Source: Antedon mediterranea (taxonomy: Eukaryota; Animalia; Echinodermata). Taken from it: a stretch of DNA of 64,000 bases. Both the position numbers and the translations under genes were made by a program. Below are positions 51,501 through 64,000 of the stretch, piece by piece (positions within the stretch are counted from its first letter, which is position 1; each line of letters starts with the position of its first letter). The stretch covers positions 4,069,888 to 4,133,887 of the forward strand of contig NC_092676.1 in assembly GCF_964355755.1 (NCBI RefSeq), read 5' to 3'. The notes below the pieces were generated by a model that saw nothing but the letters and a program-made list of their open reading frames with translations, did not search any database and was not told where the DNA came from.

Positions 51501-54500
51501 AGACTACAGTGATTATAGGAAAATTAATCGTCTTGGGTTCTTTCAGTTAAATTATATTAAGCCAGTGGAAGAATTTTATGTTTTTCACTATTAATTTCCA
51601 TATTGCTTAGACTATAAGGACCATATTTTAGACTTGTGTTTTTAGAATATACATCTTTTTAAAGTAGTAGTTTTTTTTGTGACTATATTTAATGTGGGTG
51701 ATCCGTCCAGCAATTGCTTATCTCATTAGGGACCCTCAGAGGTTCACAAGACAAACATATACACAAGATGCTCTACATAAACAAAGTCTTATCACAAGTC
51801 TTTGGGAGTGGAGTTGTAATTTTATCCTGACGTGACAGGACTTGAACCCAGGACTCTAGGAGTGGTAGCCAATCATCATAACCACCAAACCACAACTCCA
51901 CTATTATTTATTGCATATTGGACTGTTTAACTATAACAATTAGTAAAATACGAACCCATAACGTACAAATGTCAAAACAAAAAACCCTATGTTGCAATAA
52001 TATGATCACATACATTGATTGTCGTGGCTAGATAGATTTAATATAATGATAATAAATTCACCCCTATTAATTAATGGAATGGTCTAATTTTGAATAGTAA
52101 ACATTGACTAAATCTGTTTTTCTATATTCCAATTTAAAGAGATTATCTATCTACAAGTTAATGTGTTGACATTTTGAATATTATGTTTTAAAATGCAAAT
52201 GCAATGGGAGGCACTTTAGCAAAACCTAGGGCGTGTGGCGCAGAGTGTTGGACTACTGATCGTAAGACCGAGGTTCGAATCCAACTCTCGCCGCATTGCT
52301 TGTAGGCAAGATACTTTACTTACGTTTGCGTCTCTCCACCCAGGTGTATAGATGGGTACCCGGTTTAGTTAGATCAAGATACAACTTCGCACTGATTACT
52401 AACTGCATTATGGGAGTATGTTTCCATACGTGTTTGATCCACAAAAAAATGACTGGGGGTAATAATGTTCAGCGTTTCACAACATTAGGCGCTATATAAA
52501 TCCAGGATACTATTATTATGTGGTGAAAAAATAATGTTTCACTTCATAAACATGAACTTTAGTCATAGTAGAATATTGTACACCTACTGTTGTACAATAC
52601 ATTGGGGACCATGTCAAAGTTATTCTACTGTAGTTGCTGCAGTAAACCACATCTTGTTTACTTTTTAAACCTTATTTTTAGCAATATTATTTATATTATA
52701 CACACTGTTTATAGTAGTATTAACTGACGTTATAAACTTTTACTGTACATTACAACAAAGTATGATCAAATGTTATTGCAGTACACTCATTTTAGTTGCT
52801 GCAGTAACTGCAGTACAATGATTTTGACATGATCCTTTAATCAAATCTTAAAAAATACTATGGATGTATTAAAAGATTTTATTGTTTGCTGGAGCCAAGG
52901 TTTAGCTTATACATCAAGATAGCGACCTCTGGGAAGTAACCACCTGTCTCACCTTAACAGTACTTCGTTAATTGGTAGATTTAGTTAATTGGTAGATTTA
53001 GTTAATTAAGAAATTTGTATCAAGACTCTTTCTTATATGTTTTTGTTTTTTTTTTATGGTTGAAATTTATATTTCAATCATACCTGTAGTAAAGAAGTTG
53101 TCAGTGTTTGTTATTGTATTAAATAGATTAATTTACAAAATAAGTCGCAACTAAACTATTATCTGTTATATTTTGTTTAAATTTTATTCCAGTTTAGGCA
53201 ACTTCCCATCAGTTTTGAAAATGTGAGTTTCTCTATTCCTAGCTTGCAATGCTCAAGACTTGACTAATGCATTGGCTGCCTTTCTTATTATTTATATGTG
53301 GTTACTACATGAACCAGGGAAGAGTAAATATTGTATTATCATACTCTTCCTTGCTATAAACTCACTATAGAAATCTGGCCAGGAAAGACTTTTGAGCAAA
53401 AACAAGGGATAATTACCATATCGGATATAAAACCTTTTTTTCATTCATTAAATACCAAAGTATTTGACCAAAAAAATCAAAGTTGTAATAATAATATATT
53501 TATATTTCCAAGATGTATAATTCTCGCATACATTTTTTTGCATATTTCAGCTAGAAAAAAATATTTATTATTTATAGCAATTGTGAAAAATTTGTTTAAA
53601 AAACAAAGTTTATTTAGCACAGAAATTAAAATCTGTTTAAATTTTTCAATCTTATATTTCCAAATGTTATTCACATTATTGCATATAATTGTTATTGATG
53701 GTCATGCCCTTATTTGGTCAGACCTATATGGTCAAATTAAGTACTTTTTGTAATTATTCCATACTGATTAGTGCCCTACGGTTTTGATGATTTTTATATT
53801 TTGTTGTCAGTAGTTTGCAACAGGAGTTACCTTGTTTTTGAACAAAACTTTTCAATGTTTTTGTAAGGTTGTACCAGGTAGAAAGGCATCAAAAATATTT
53901 TTCTTGTATAAATTAAGATTTTTTTTATCCATAGGTTAAACATTCTTTTCTATGAGAGAGTAAAATTTTGTAAGAAATTAGAAATGTTTAAAAGGAATTT
54001 CTTCCTCCGTCTCCCTTCAAAGATAAATTATAATCTTAAGTTATTTAAATTTGTTTAAAAAAATTGTTTTAATAGTATTTACTATCAGTATTTACAATTT
54101 TTGAGAGAGATAATTATTGCTGTAGCATTTACTCTTCAGGATCATCATGGCATGATTACCATTATCATCTTTATTGTCATATTTATTACAATCATCATCA
54201 TCATATTGATTATAATCGTATTGATCATCATCATATTGATCATCATATTGATTAAAAATCATCATATTGCTTTCAAATCATCATATTGCTTACAATCATC
54301 ATCATATTGATTATCATTATATTGATTACAATCATCATATTGATTATAATCATATTGATCATCATCATATTGATTACCATCATATTGTAATTATCATCAT
54401 ATTCATCACATTGATCATCATCATATTCATAATCATATTCATCATCATCATCATGTTGATTACAATCATCATATTGATCATCATCATATTGATCATAATC

Positions 54501-57500
54501 ATATTGATCATCATCATCATCATCATATTGATCATCATCATCATCATATTGATCATCATCATCATCATATTGATCATCATCTTGAATCATTATCATCATA
54601 TTGTTATTATCATGTTTTAAATATTAAATCATCATTGATTATTGTCTTCATTAAATAATCATATTTGTTATTAACATATTGATGATCATCGTGTTATTAT
54701 CAGTTATATTGATTATTATCATCTTCATATTGATTATCATCATTATAATTATCATCATGATCAATCCTATTATCAATTCAAATCAATACAACCAGCAGTT
54801 TTGATTTATCATTTTAGCATACTGTACGTCAACAAATTAATAGATTGACGTACAGTACACTACAATTAGTAGTAATATTTCTTTCGGAGAATCAGGTTAA
54901 CTTCAAAAATCATTCATGCATACTAATTGATGCAATGTAATCAACAAATCAGGTCTATTTAATTAGCTTCTTCCCCTATGACGTATTCCATTGATAAAAT
55001 TTGACCTTTTTCCAATAGGCTCTCAGCTTAGAAAGTGGTTTGCAATGGCTGACCGATCTTCTACAGGTAGAGAATAATTTCTCATACAACTGTAAATGCA
55101 CCATAGATAATTTATGTTAATAGTTACATGCAATATACTCAATATTTACGGCACAAAATATTAGTTTTAATAAAGTTTTTTTTTGTTGCGTTGTATCATA
55201 TTTCCGTTTTTTTTAATACATGCAATTTCTTTGCGTTGTTTTAGTTAAATTAATTTAAATATCTTTGGCTTTTAGATTGCTTCTCTATCTGGTACAACCA
55301 AAACAAAACTATAATTCAAATCTTTATTTTTATACAGTATAACCTTTTTAACTGGTTGCCATGGTAAAATACTACTAATATACCAATTAACATAACTTTT
55401 AAAATGGTTTCATAAACTATTTTTAACTAACCCTTTTATTTAATTCGGTAATTATAATTATGTTTTAACTTTGTGTTTTACGATTTTTAACCTTTTGTCC
55501 TTACCCTCTTATAAATTAAAATATGATTTGATCAAGTGGAAATTTGAAAAAATGACGGTCATTTCAAATGAAAAATACTTTTAAGAAAAATGTTGGGCTG
55601 TGTATTTTTTTCATTGTTGTCGTCATTGTTGCCACTAGCATTCATCATGTTTATAATAGTTCCATTGGTTTGTTTAAATCGGTCATCACCACAAAACATC
55701 ATCTTTAATCAACAAGAATTAACTTATTTTTCAAAGAATTTCTGAATTATAATTTAGAATAGATTGGGTATGCATGCACAATATAATTTCTGATTAACAT
55801 TTTGAGATTTTATCAAAATCTGATTGTGTGTTTATTGGGATATTTTGGAATTTGTTAATAACATTTCTTTAATTTTATATGTGCATTTTTCATTTTTGTG
55901 AGTGTAAATTGTCTGAAGATTAGTTTAAAGCTCTGTCTACACTATGTGATGTACCCAGATATGATAGTGATACGACATGATCATGTCCATATGGGCATGT
56001 GACATCATTCTGTTGTCACCTAAAGTTTGATAGTGTAGACAGAGCTTAAGGAATAATAATAGTAAAGATTCAGGATTGGAGTTTTTTGTTGGTTTTTTTA
56101 GGTGGATGTGGAAAAAACATAAATTAAGTGTGAATAATTAAACCAGATTAATCTGTTTTTTTAATATTGTGTATTTTTTATTAATTTGTTTTTAGAAATC
56201 AATTATAAGTCTTTATAAAATTACAAAGGCTCGTCAGATGGGCTCGTCAGATGGGCTCGTCAGATGGGTTGCTTTTCATACTAATTAGCAAGTCCGATAT
56301 CTGCCAGTGCCATTTCAATGTTGTCACATATTCACCAACATGTTAACCAATCATTCTCTAACAATATTTACATTCTTAATTTAAAATATTATTTTATTTT
56401 CAGTTTTTTGATATTAGTTAATATTTATATAATTTTGCATGTATTTAGTTCTATACTTTAGAAAAGTAATATTACTAATTGCTATATACAGTAATAGATT
56501 GATAATTGATGATAAACCAACCATAACTTCACATATTATAAGTTTAAAAGTTTATTTGTTAAAAGAAATCAATCCTTTACTTTGACTGGAGGACAAAATC
56601 ATAAAAAGGCAATAACTAGAGGCTATACAGTAGTCTACCTTTTAGCTGTTCATTGAGAACACTTGCGAAAAAATGTAATTCTCGGGCAGGACTTAACCCA
56701 CAACTTTAAAATCACTAGCGTTCATACTGTACCTCTAGAATACCACCGAGCTATGGTTGGATTCAATCCCCAAGAAAGCAGCGGGTACTGCGTTTATGAT
56801 TATTGTAATAACAATAATATAAATAATAATAATAATATAATAATGGTAGTATTTAATTACAATAATCATTATATTATAACAAAAGTAAAACTTGTACATT
56901 ATTATAATTTATTAAGCATTTTTGGATTGTTTGACTTCAATTCATTTTAACTCCGAATACTAGAACAATCTGTGTGTATTTATAACATTGTTATACCTCA
57001 CAATAGTAAATAATGATTCATTACGAAGAAAATCACAATAACATTCAATTTTCAAATTAAATTTCAACAAAAATGCTTCAATTGCATTTAAAGAAAAATA
57101 TTCTAAACACATGATTATGCAGATTTTATAATTATATTCGTAAAAGCTTTTTATATTGCGGGTAAAAATCTGTGTGTAATTAAAATATTGATTTTCACAT
57201 TTTGTATTCTTAGGCTCCAAGCAGTCTTCTCGATGCGTTAAAACAACATGTTCAGTCTATGGAGTCTAGAAAAAAAACGCAATGGGTAAAGTAAGTAATG
57301 TTCTCTATTCTAAGCATACTCTGTAATTAATGATATAAATCAACCATTAGTTTTCAGTATTTGTTTTGACAGTATTAATTTAAATGAACAGTAAGCTTTG
57401 TAAAACGACATAAATTGGTATATCATCATTAGCATCCACATGATGCGAATAGCAAACATACAGTAAATAAGGTTGTATGCTGGAGGCCAAGCTGATTATG

Positions 57501-60500
57501 GCACAGGCACAGTTTTGAGGCTCTTAATTGTCTTAAGCTCTGTCTACACTATCAAACTAGTTTGACAAAAAAAGTGTGATGTGTCCAAATATGGTAATGA
57601 TATGCTCAAATATGGTGGTGATACGACACCATCATGTCCTTATATGGGCACATCACATGTTTTTGTCACATAAAGTTTGATAGTGTAGACAGAGCTTTAT
57701 AAATTGAAATTGAATAAGGACTAAACATTAGGTTGGGATACAGTGTACAAATCTGGCTCTCCACTTAAAGATGGAAAGAATAGGGGTACCTCAGTGTTCT
57801 GGTTCATTTAAGATCCTGTCATTGTTACAAGATTTTTTTTTTGGAAGAGGGGGGTGGGGGGATGTAGACCCTATTTGAATATAGTGACAAGTTTGTATAA
57901 AGCGTAAAGCACCTATTAGAATAACTCACACTAAGATAAAATAGCACCTTTGTCATAATGCAAAACAGACCTCCCAGTCTCTCAATAACCGCCAGACAAA
58001 ATTTTCTCCTGTCTCATGTTAAAGACTACAAACCGTTTACGAGGTTAACTAAAGGCAAAACAATTTTTTGGTGACGCCATCAATTATGATTTAGTGTTTT
58101 GTATTAAGTATCCCAATATTTTATTGTTCCAAGTTGGAACCTGTGTAGACCTTATTAGAATAGTTGCCCTTGTTTTACTAAAGCTCTGTCCACACTATCA
58201 AACTTTATATGGCAGGAAAATGTGATGTGCCCATATATGGACCTGATGATGTAATATCACTACCAGATTTGGGCATGTCACTACCATATTTGGGCACGTC
58301 ACACTTTTTTTGTCAAACTAGTTTGATAGTGTAGAGCTTAAAGTTCCATCGCAATGAATCCGTCTTGTTTTCTCGTAGGCCAGCCACTATTGCTACAGCA
58401 GTGAGTGCATTCACATCAAATCTAGCAAACATTGATCCTGAAGAAAAGAAGCAAGCGTTAGAAGAAGAACAATTAAGGCTTGCATCCATGAAGATGGTAA
58501 GAACATCACAAATGAGATGCGGTCATAAGCCCCATCCTGGACTTAAAATTCTAAGTTATGGTCATGAGTGTTAATTTACCAAAAAAACAACTTGTGTATA
58601 AGTTATTTTTTAAAAATGTTTTTTCAGGGGACAATCTTTAAATCTTTAGCACCTTGAGCACTTTTAGTGGATATGTGCGCTATATAAATTATTATTATTT
58701 ATTATTAACATAATAAATGTTTGTATTCGTGAAATGGAGAGTATAATGAGAGTTAAATGACGGAATGGTCTATATGAACAAAAAATGAAAACAAAAATCA
58801 TATAATTATTATTATGATATATTTTAATTAACATAATATTAACTATTATCCACAGCAAACCCATACATCTCCTCCAGTATCTGAGTTGAGTGCAGCACCA
58901 ACAAGTAACAATCCGTTTACAAACACAGCGCCACCACAGGCTGTGACCTCTCCGTTTACAAACACATCAGCACCGCAGGCTGTGACCTCTCCGTTTACAA
59001 ATACATCAGCGCCACCACAGGCTGTGACCGCTCCAGTCACCGCTCCTCCTAGTCAAGATTTATTTAGTGTTGCCACAACGAGTAAGTCTTTGAAATATAT
59101 TAACATTTTCTGGTCCAGAAAAGTGAATGTGTGTAAATAAAAATGGCAGAAAGTTTAGAAGGCAATTTGTCTCAGTGAATAAGCATATGCTGATCCAAGG
59201 TGGTGGAGGGGGCCCTCTAAATTTTGCTAATTGTAATGAAAAAGATAGGATACTAATTTTAGTTCGGCACCTAAAATTTGCCATCTTTAGGCCCTGGGGT
59301 CTCCCTTCCCCCTATTCCATAATCCTGGATCTGCCACTAGATAATATATCAACTTATAATATATTAATTATTGGCAATAAGCGCTATTTTCTAAAATAAA
59401 GGGCCAGGAGATGGTTGTTTTTTGACTTCAATTATCAAAAACAAAACGAAAACAACATATGCGTGTACCATGTTCAGTACCCACAGTGTGTTATTCTATT
59501 CTAGGAAACTACAATGTGATTTTGACTTTCGGACAAAAAATCCCTTTCTTTTGTTATTGACATTTTTTTTCCACAATCTTTTCCAAAACTTAAGGAGACA
59601 GAAAGAAATAAAATATGTTTACATTTCAATTTCATGCTCCAACCATTCTCATAGTGACATGCTTTAGTGGTGAACATGCTTGCTTACCAGAATCTGGGGT
59701 TCAAATCCTGGCACAGGTCCAGTACCAAAATAATTGTCATCTCAATCTTTAGTGCTTATGTTTTATTTTTCTGCTCAATCTTCTGCCAATTATCAAGTCA
59801 AATCTCATGTGCTCTTTCAAATGCTTTACATACGTCATGAATATCATCCATAAAATCAGCCATTCATGTTTTAGATTCATCACAACCACAGCCGACGAGT
59901 AAACCGTCAGAAGATCTCATGGGCTTAACACCGAATCCAATGGCTGTCGTCCAGGCTACATTGCAGGCGCAGTCACAAATGATGCACCCTGGCATGCCGA
60001 GCGGCTCCCCTTGGAGCTCACCGAACGGTAAGACAAATCAGATCAGCGCTTGTAATCACATGATACTTGCATGATAATGCTTCGCTTTACATACACTCGC
60101 ATTTATTCTTAGGCTCTGTCTACACTATTAAACTTGTATCACAAAAAAAGTGTGATGTGCTCGATTATGGTAGATATGACATCATCATGTCCATGTATGG
60201 GCACATAAAGTTTGATAGTGTAGACTGGCTTTAATCATTTACTTTGCTTTAATAATATTATTACAGAAAATTAAACGGGTTTGTGCCAAGCGCATCACGC
60301 TAAACTGTAGGTTAATAAATCCATTTCCAATACTCATCAACCATAAATATTCATATATTAACAGCATATATAAACAGATTTAAAAATGTCTATATATTCC
60401 TAAAGAATTTTATCAAACTGAATTCTGTGAGTAACGAAAACTAATCTAATGAGTATAGTTCATTCCAATTTCCAGTACGTTCATGCATCGAAAGTTTAAT

Positions 60501-63500
60501 GACTGGTTTGTTGTGCCTAAATGCCTGTGTGCGTATAAAACAAAACCATAGTTTGTGTGCAGAACGGCCTTGTTTTGTTTTTTTCGCCGGATATAATACT
60601 AGATTGAGCCAGCTTGAACAACCTAAACTAGATTGAACCAGCTTAAGCCAACCTAAACTAGATTGAACCATCTTAAGCCAACCTAAACTAGATTGAACCA
60701 GCTTAAGCCAACCTAAACTAGATTGAACCATCTTAAGCCAACCTAAACTAGATTGAACCAGCTTAAACCAACCTAAACTAGATTGAACCATCTTAAGCAA
60801 ACCTAAACTAGATTGAACCAGCTTAAGCCAACCTAAACTAGATTGAACCATCTTAAGCCAACCTAAACTAGATTGAACCAGCTTAAGCCAACCTAAACTA
60901 GATTGAACCATCTTAAGCAAACCTAAACTAGATTGAACCAGCTTAAACCAACCTAAACTAGATTGAACCATCTTAAGCCAACCTAAACTAGATTAAACCA
61001 GCTTAAGCCAACCTAAACTAGATTGAACCATCTTAAGCCAACCTAAACTAGATTGAACCCAGCTTAAACCAACCTAAACTAGATTGAACCATCTTAAGCC
61101 AACCTAAACTAGATTGAACCCAGCTTAAACCAACCTAAACTAGATTGAACCATCTTAAGCCAACCTAAACTAGATTGAACCATCTTAAGCAAACCTAAAC
61201 TATATTGAACCAGCTTAAACCAACCTAAATTAGATTGAACCAGCTTAAGCCAACCTAAACTAGATTGAACCATCTTAAGCCAACCTAAACTAGATTGAAC
61301 CAGCTTAAGCCAACCTAAACTAGATTGAACCATCTTAAGCAAACCTAAAGTAGATTGAACCAGCTTAAACCAACCTAAACTAGATTGAACCAGTTTAAGC
61401 CAACCTAAACTAGATTGAACCAAATATTGTCAGTTGTCAAAAATATTGCTAACTGGATGAAAGGAGTTGATAATTAGCAAATCAATTGTGATTGGCTACT
61501 GATTATATAACGTTTATGCAACTCCTCATTATTGTGTTTTACTATTACTGTATATTTTATTTTTGTTATTTTATTGTTACTGCAATGTATGAATACTATT
61601 TCATTTTTTAAAATACTGAAAATGTTTTTCATAGCTATACATTGTTATTAGTAATGTTTTCTTTTTCTCGTTCTCTTTATTCGGACACTTGTTTGGCTTT
61701 ACACTTACACTTTGTCTTTACATGCTTCACTTGTTTTGATTCTGTGGATAGTCGGTCGTGCTTTGAAAGTACCACGCCCTCGTTCGCCATTCGATGACAA
61801 CGTGGGAAATAGCGCATCTGCTCCTGCCAGCATCGTTGATAGCTTTCTTGGCGGTGATAATACACAAAGTATAGCATACCTGTTTATTACTTTGCTCTTT
61901 CTTTTGTATTTTCAATCTTTCAATGTTTCGCACATTAAACGTATTTAAAGCACTTGTAATTTTTTTTTTTTTTACTTTATTGAATTAAATGTTCATATGT
62001 TAATGTTGTGATCAAAATTATAAGAAATGCAGTTATTTTGTTTCTTACATTGTCAGCATATAGTGTTTTGCTATATAAGGCCATATATATATATAATTAT
62101 GTTGACCAAATTTCAAAGTATATAGGTAATAATCTTGACCTAGATCCTTAATGATCTGAAGGTATGATTCCACACCTGTTATTTGAGATATTAGGTTTGT
62201 GTCCCACCCCAAAAATAACTTCTTTAGTGATCTCACAATGTAAATATGTATGATTATTTTTATAACTAAAAATAATTCAATTGTTAAAAGATGAAGCTAA
62301 ATGGCCCTGTTAGATATGAGGCTTCTATTCTCTAGGCTTGGCACCAACCAACCCGTTTACTAACACAGCAAAACCCAGCATAGGATCGCCGTCACGTGGC
62401 TATGAACGCCACAGCTGGACTCCAAGCATCCTAGAACCAGAGGGTGGCTTAGAATCTGGCGGTAATGCCGTCGCTGATCTGGAAGCTTTCTTCAGTTCAC
62501 CCTCCGTGTCCCCTAGCGGAACACCTACTCGCCAAACAAGATCTGGTACTTTTTTGACATCTGTCATGACCCATTCCTCCTGTGTTTGGATGTTGTTGTG
62601 ACTCCTCCCTCTTGTGTTTGAATGTTTGTCATGACTCCTCCCTCTTGTGTTTGGATGTTTGTCATGACTCCTCCCTCTTGTGTTTGGATGTTTGTCATGA
62701 CTTCTCCCTCTTGTGCTTGGATGTTTGTCGTGACTTCTCCCTCTTGTGTTTGGATGATGTATGCATTTAGAATGTACTGTGTCTGGAAGCTATTAACCAC
62801 TACCATTTTCCATGGGTTTTTTTTCAATGTCTAAATTCTTGATATATCTTTTATTTTTTTCTCATTGTTTTGAATTTTCTCCACAGTACTTTATTTCAAG
62901 TGGATGTACTGTTTAGTTATAAAATGAGTCGGACAGAATGATTGAAAGAGAATATATTAATTTAAAAAGACAGCGGTTGAAGATAAATAAAATTTAAATA
63001 TAATTGTTTGGATATCTTCAATATTCTGTACACAAATGTCATGCAAATATTTTTCGATTTCTATGCACAACTTTATGGAGAACACCAATATTAGTGAGTT
63101 CTACTCGGCCCAATTTTAACTTCTCAAACCACCCAAACTGGATAGCTGAAAAGCCTAATTTCACCATAGGCACTCCAGAATTCCTCTGGATATCTGAACG
63201 TACTTAATTTTTTTCAAACCTAGCTTTAACTTATTGACAACCTAACCCCTACAATTCTCTACCTGCCTGGGACACACAGATCATGTTTTTTTTTTTATGA
63301 GGGTGATCCATCCATTTTGTCTAATAGAAGCACAATCATGCAAGGGGATCTGAAATAAATACAAACTCTATTTAAAAAAAATCTTTTTTTTTACACCTTA
63401 CACAAAGTTTAGATATGAATATGTAGCATGGTGGTAATTGTCTATCAACTGTTCAAATGATAACGCATGTTAAGACTTTGTTGTATTTATTTACCATATT

Positions 63501-64000
63501 TTCCCTACAATTTCAGTTATTTATGTAAATATGTGTTTGTATAAATATACAGTATCTAATTTTAATCGAAAGTTTAATTATATTTTTTTTTTTAATGAAT
63601 TACTGTATACTTTAATATATTTTTATCCCGTACACACTGTATAATCATGAAAATATACATATTATATTTTATTTATTAGATTATTATTATATATTTAAAT
63701 AATGATTTAATTCCTCTTAAGCTCTGTCTATACTATCAAACTAGTTTGACAAAAAAAGTGTGATGTGCCCAAATATGGTAGTGATATGCTCAAATATGGT
63801 AGTGATATGACAATTGACATCATCATGTCCATATATGGGCACGTCATATTTTTTTGTCACATAGTTTGATAGTGTAAACACAGCTTAATGCTAATTAACA
63901 AAGGTGCTAATTTTTCACAGGCTGCTATACAATATTTAATAAGAAGAATTATTACTTTGTCATTATAATTTTCAGGCATGCTGCCACCAACTAACTCTCC
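42579..64000 (+). CDS. PICALM: PICALM/AP180 (LAP) clathrin assembly protein, 5' exons not found, runs off the window
   Basis: In-phase GT-AG exons: 42579-42681 ([14 protein letters not shown]...[13 protein letters not shown]), 43617-43656, 44962-45018 ([19 protein letters not shown]), 50060-50171 ([30 protein letters not shown]), 50361-50467, 51060-51101 ([14 protein letters not shown]), 57214-57290 (APSSLLDAL), 58379-58496, 58856-59081 (NPF, DLF), 59875-60027, 61752-61853 (probable), 62336-62545 (NPF), 63976->64000. Confidence 0.9.
42744..43240. mobile_element. Tc1/mariner(pogo)-like MITE hosting a SINE
   Basis: CAGTCAACTCT...AGAGTTGACTG-TA termini. Confidence 0.5.
42858..43161 (-). mobile_element. 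tRNA-derived SINE
   Basis: Reverse complement of 52228-52519. A/B-box head, CCACC(C)AGGTGTATAAATGGG core and (TAT)n tail. Confidence 0.8.
46097..46610. repeat. ~200-bp tandem repeat, ~2.5 copies
   Basis: ACAATCTATATTGTGCCTAGCTTACC at ~46135, ~46334 and ~46536. Confidence 0.85.
46963..49755. mobile_element. 2.8-kb Kolobok-like element nested in a same-family MITE (~46907-50020)
   Basis: TTAA|AGATGTATTGTCCCC ... GGGGACAATACATCT|TTAA. The host MITE sequence resumes at 49760. Confidence 0.75.
48308..48932. mobile_element. Second Kolobok-like family element nested in the 2.8-kb element
   Basis: TTAA|AGACCCCTTCCCTGC ... GTAGGGAATGGGGCT|TTAA. Confidence 0.65.
50683..51018. mobile_element. Kolobok-like MITE
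   Basis: TTAA|AGATGTATTATCC ... GGATAAATACATCT|TTAA. Further partial copies at ~12760-12890 and ~45070-45490. Confidence 0.7.
52228..52519 (+). mobile_element. tRNA-derived SINE with L2-type tail
   Basis: GGGCGTGTGGCGCAGAGTG (A box), GGTTCGAATCC (B box), central CCACCCAGGTGTATAGATGGGTACC and tail GCGCTATATAAAT...(TAT)n. Confidence 0.82.
54140..54775. repeat. Low-complexity (ATC)n / ATCATCATATTG microsatellite
   Basis: Direct reading of the sequence. It generates the poly-I, poly-D and poly-M ORFs in the track. Confidence 0.92.
55929..56046. mobile_element. PIF/Harbinger-like MITE
   Basis: AGCTCTGTCTACACTA TIR, TSD TAA. Confidence 0.75.
57536..57696. mobile_element. PIF/Harbinger-like MITE
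   Basis: Perfect 23-bp TIR, TSD TTA. More copies at ~58181-58338, ~60111-60230 and ~63720-63885. Confidence 0.8.
60600..61422. repeat. 30-bp minisatellite, ~27 copies, with 60-bp dimer substructure
   Basis: ACCTAAACTAGATTGAACCA(G/T)CTTAA(G/A)C(C/A)A, with G/T largely alternating between units. Confidence 0.95.
62562..62757. repeat. 33-bp minisatellite, ~6 copies
   Basis: ATGACTCCTCCCTCTTGTGTTTGGATGTTTGTC. Confidence 0.9.

Noticed and set aside
54101-54620. Poly-Ile/Asp/Met ORFs
   Set aside because: They are translations of an (ATC)n microsatellite.
51700-59720. tRNA genes at ~51836-51900, ~52228-52295, ~56680-56755 and ~59660-59720
   Set aside because: Only degenerate A/B boxes with no complete cloverleaf. 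They are best explained as SINE heads.
60441-61423. CRISPR-like array or repetitive protein ORFs (176 aa, 104 aa)
   Set aside because: Units are contiguous with no unique spacers, there are no cas genes, and it lies in a eukaryotic intron. The ORFs are by-products of a 30-bp minisatellite.
62564-62834. Repetitive ORFs ([11 protein letters not shown] / [10 protein letters not shown])
   Set aside because: They come from a 33-bp minisatellite just after the donor at 62546.

Overview
AT-rich, intron-rich animal DNA, probably an invertebrate deuterostome such as an echinoderm (inference). It holds four gene models. (1) The 3' part of a GRL101/RXFP-like leucine-rich-repeat GPCR (+, 1-15690; 72-78 nt LRR exons plus a 7TM exon). 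(2) A complete 4-exon spermidine/spermine (diamine) N-acetyltransferase SAT1/SAT2-like gene (-, 33925-17161, 171 aa), missing from the ORF track. (3) A frameshifted, 3'-truncated COMMD2 copy (+, 37191-41139). (4) 1.4 kb further on, PICALM/AP180-like exons that start mid-ANTH domain with no 5' exons visible (+, 42579 to window end). Introns are packed with mobile DNA. The largest element is a 9.1-kb Gypsy LTR retrotransposon with apparently identical 1573-bp LTRs but three coding lesions. Others include a CR1/L2 LINE with nested inserts, Helitron- and Helentron-type non-autonomous elements, MULE-, hAT-, Kolobok-, Harbinger- and Sola-like elements, and tRNA- and 5S-derived SINE-like repeats. The best lead is the COMMD2/PICALM junction, where COMMD2 exon 1 could splice in frame onto the truncated PICALM. 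All coordinates were read by eye and family assignments were not database-checked.
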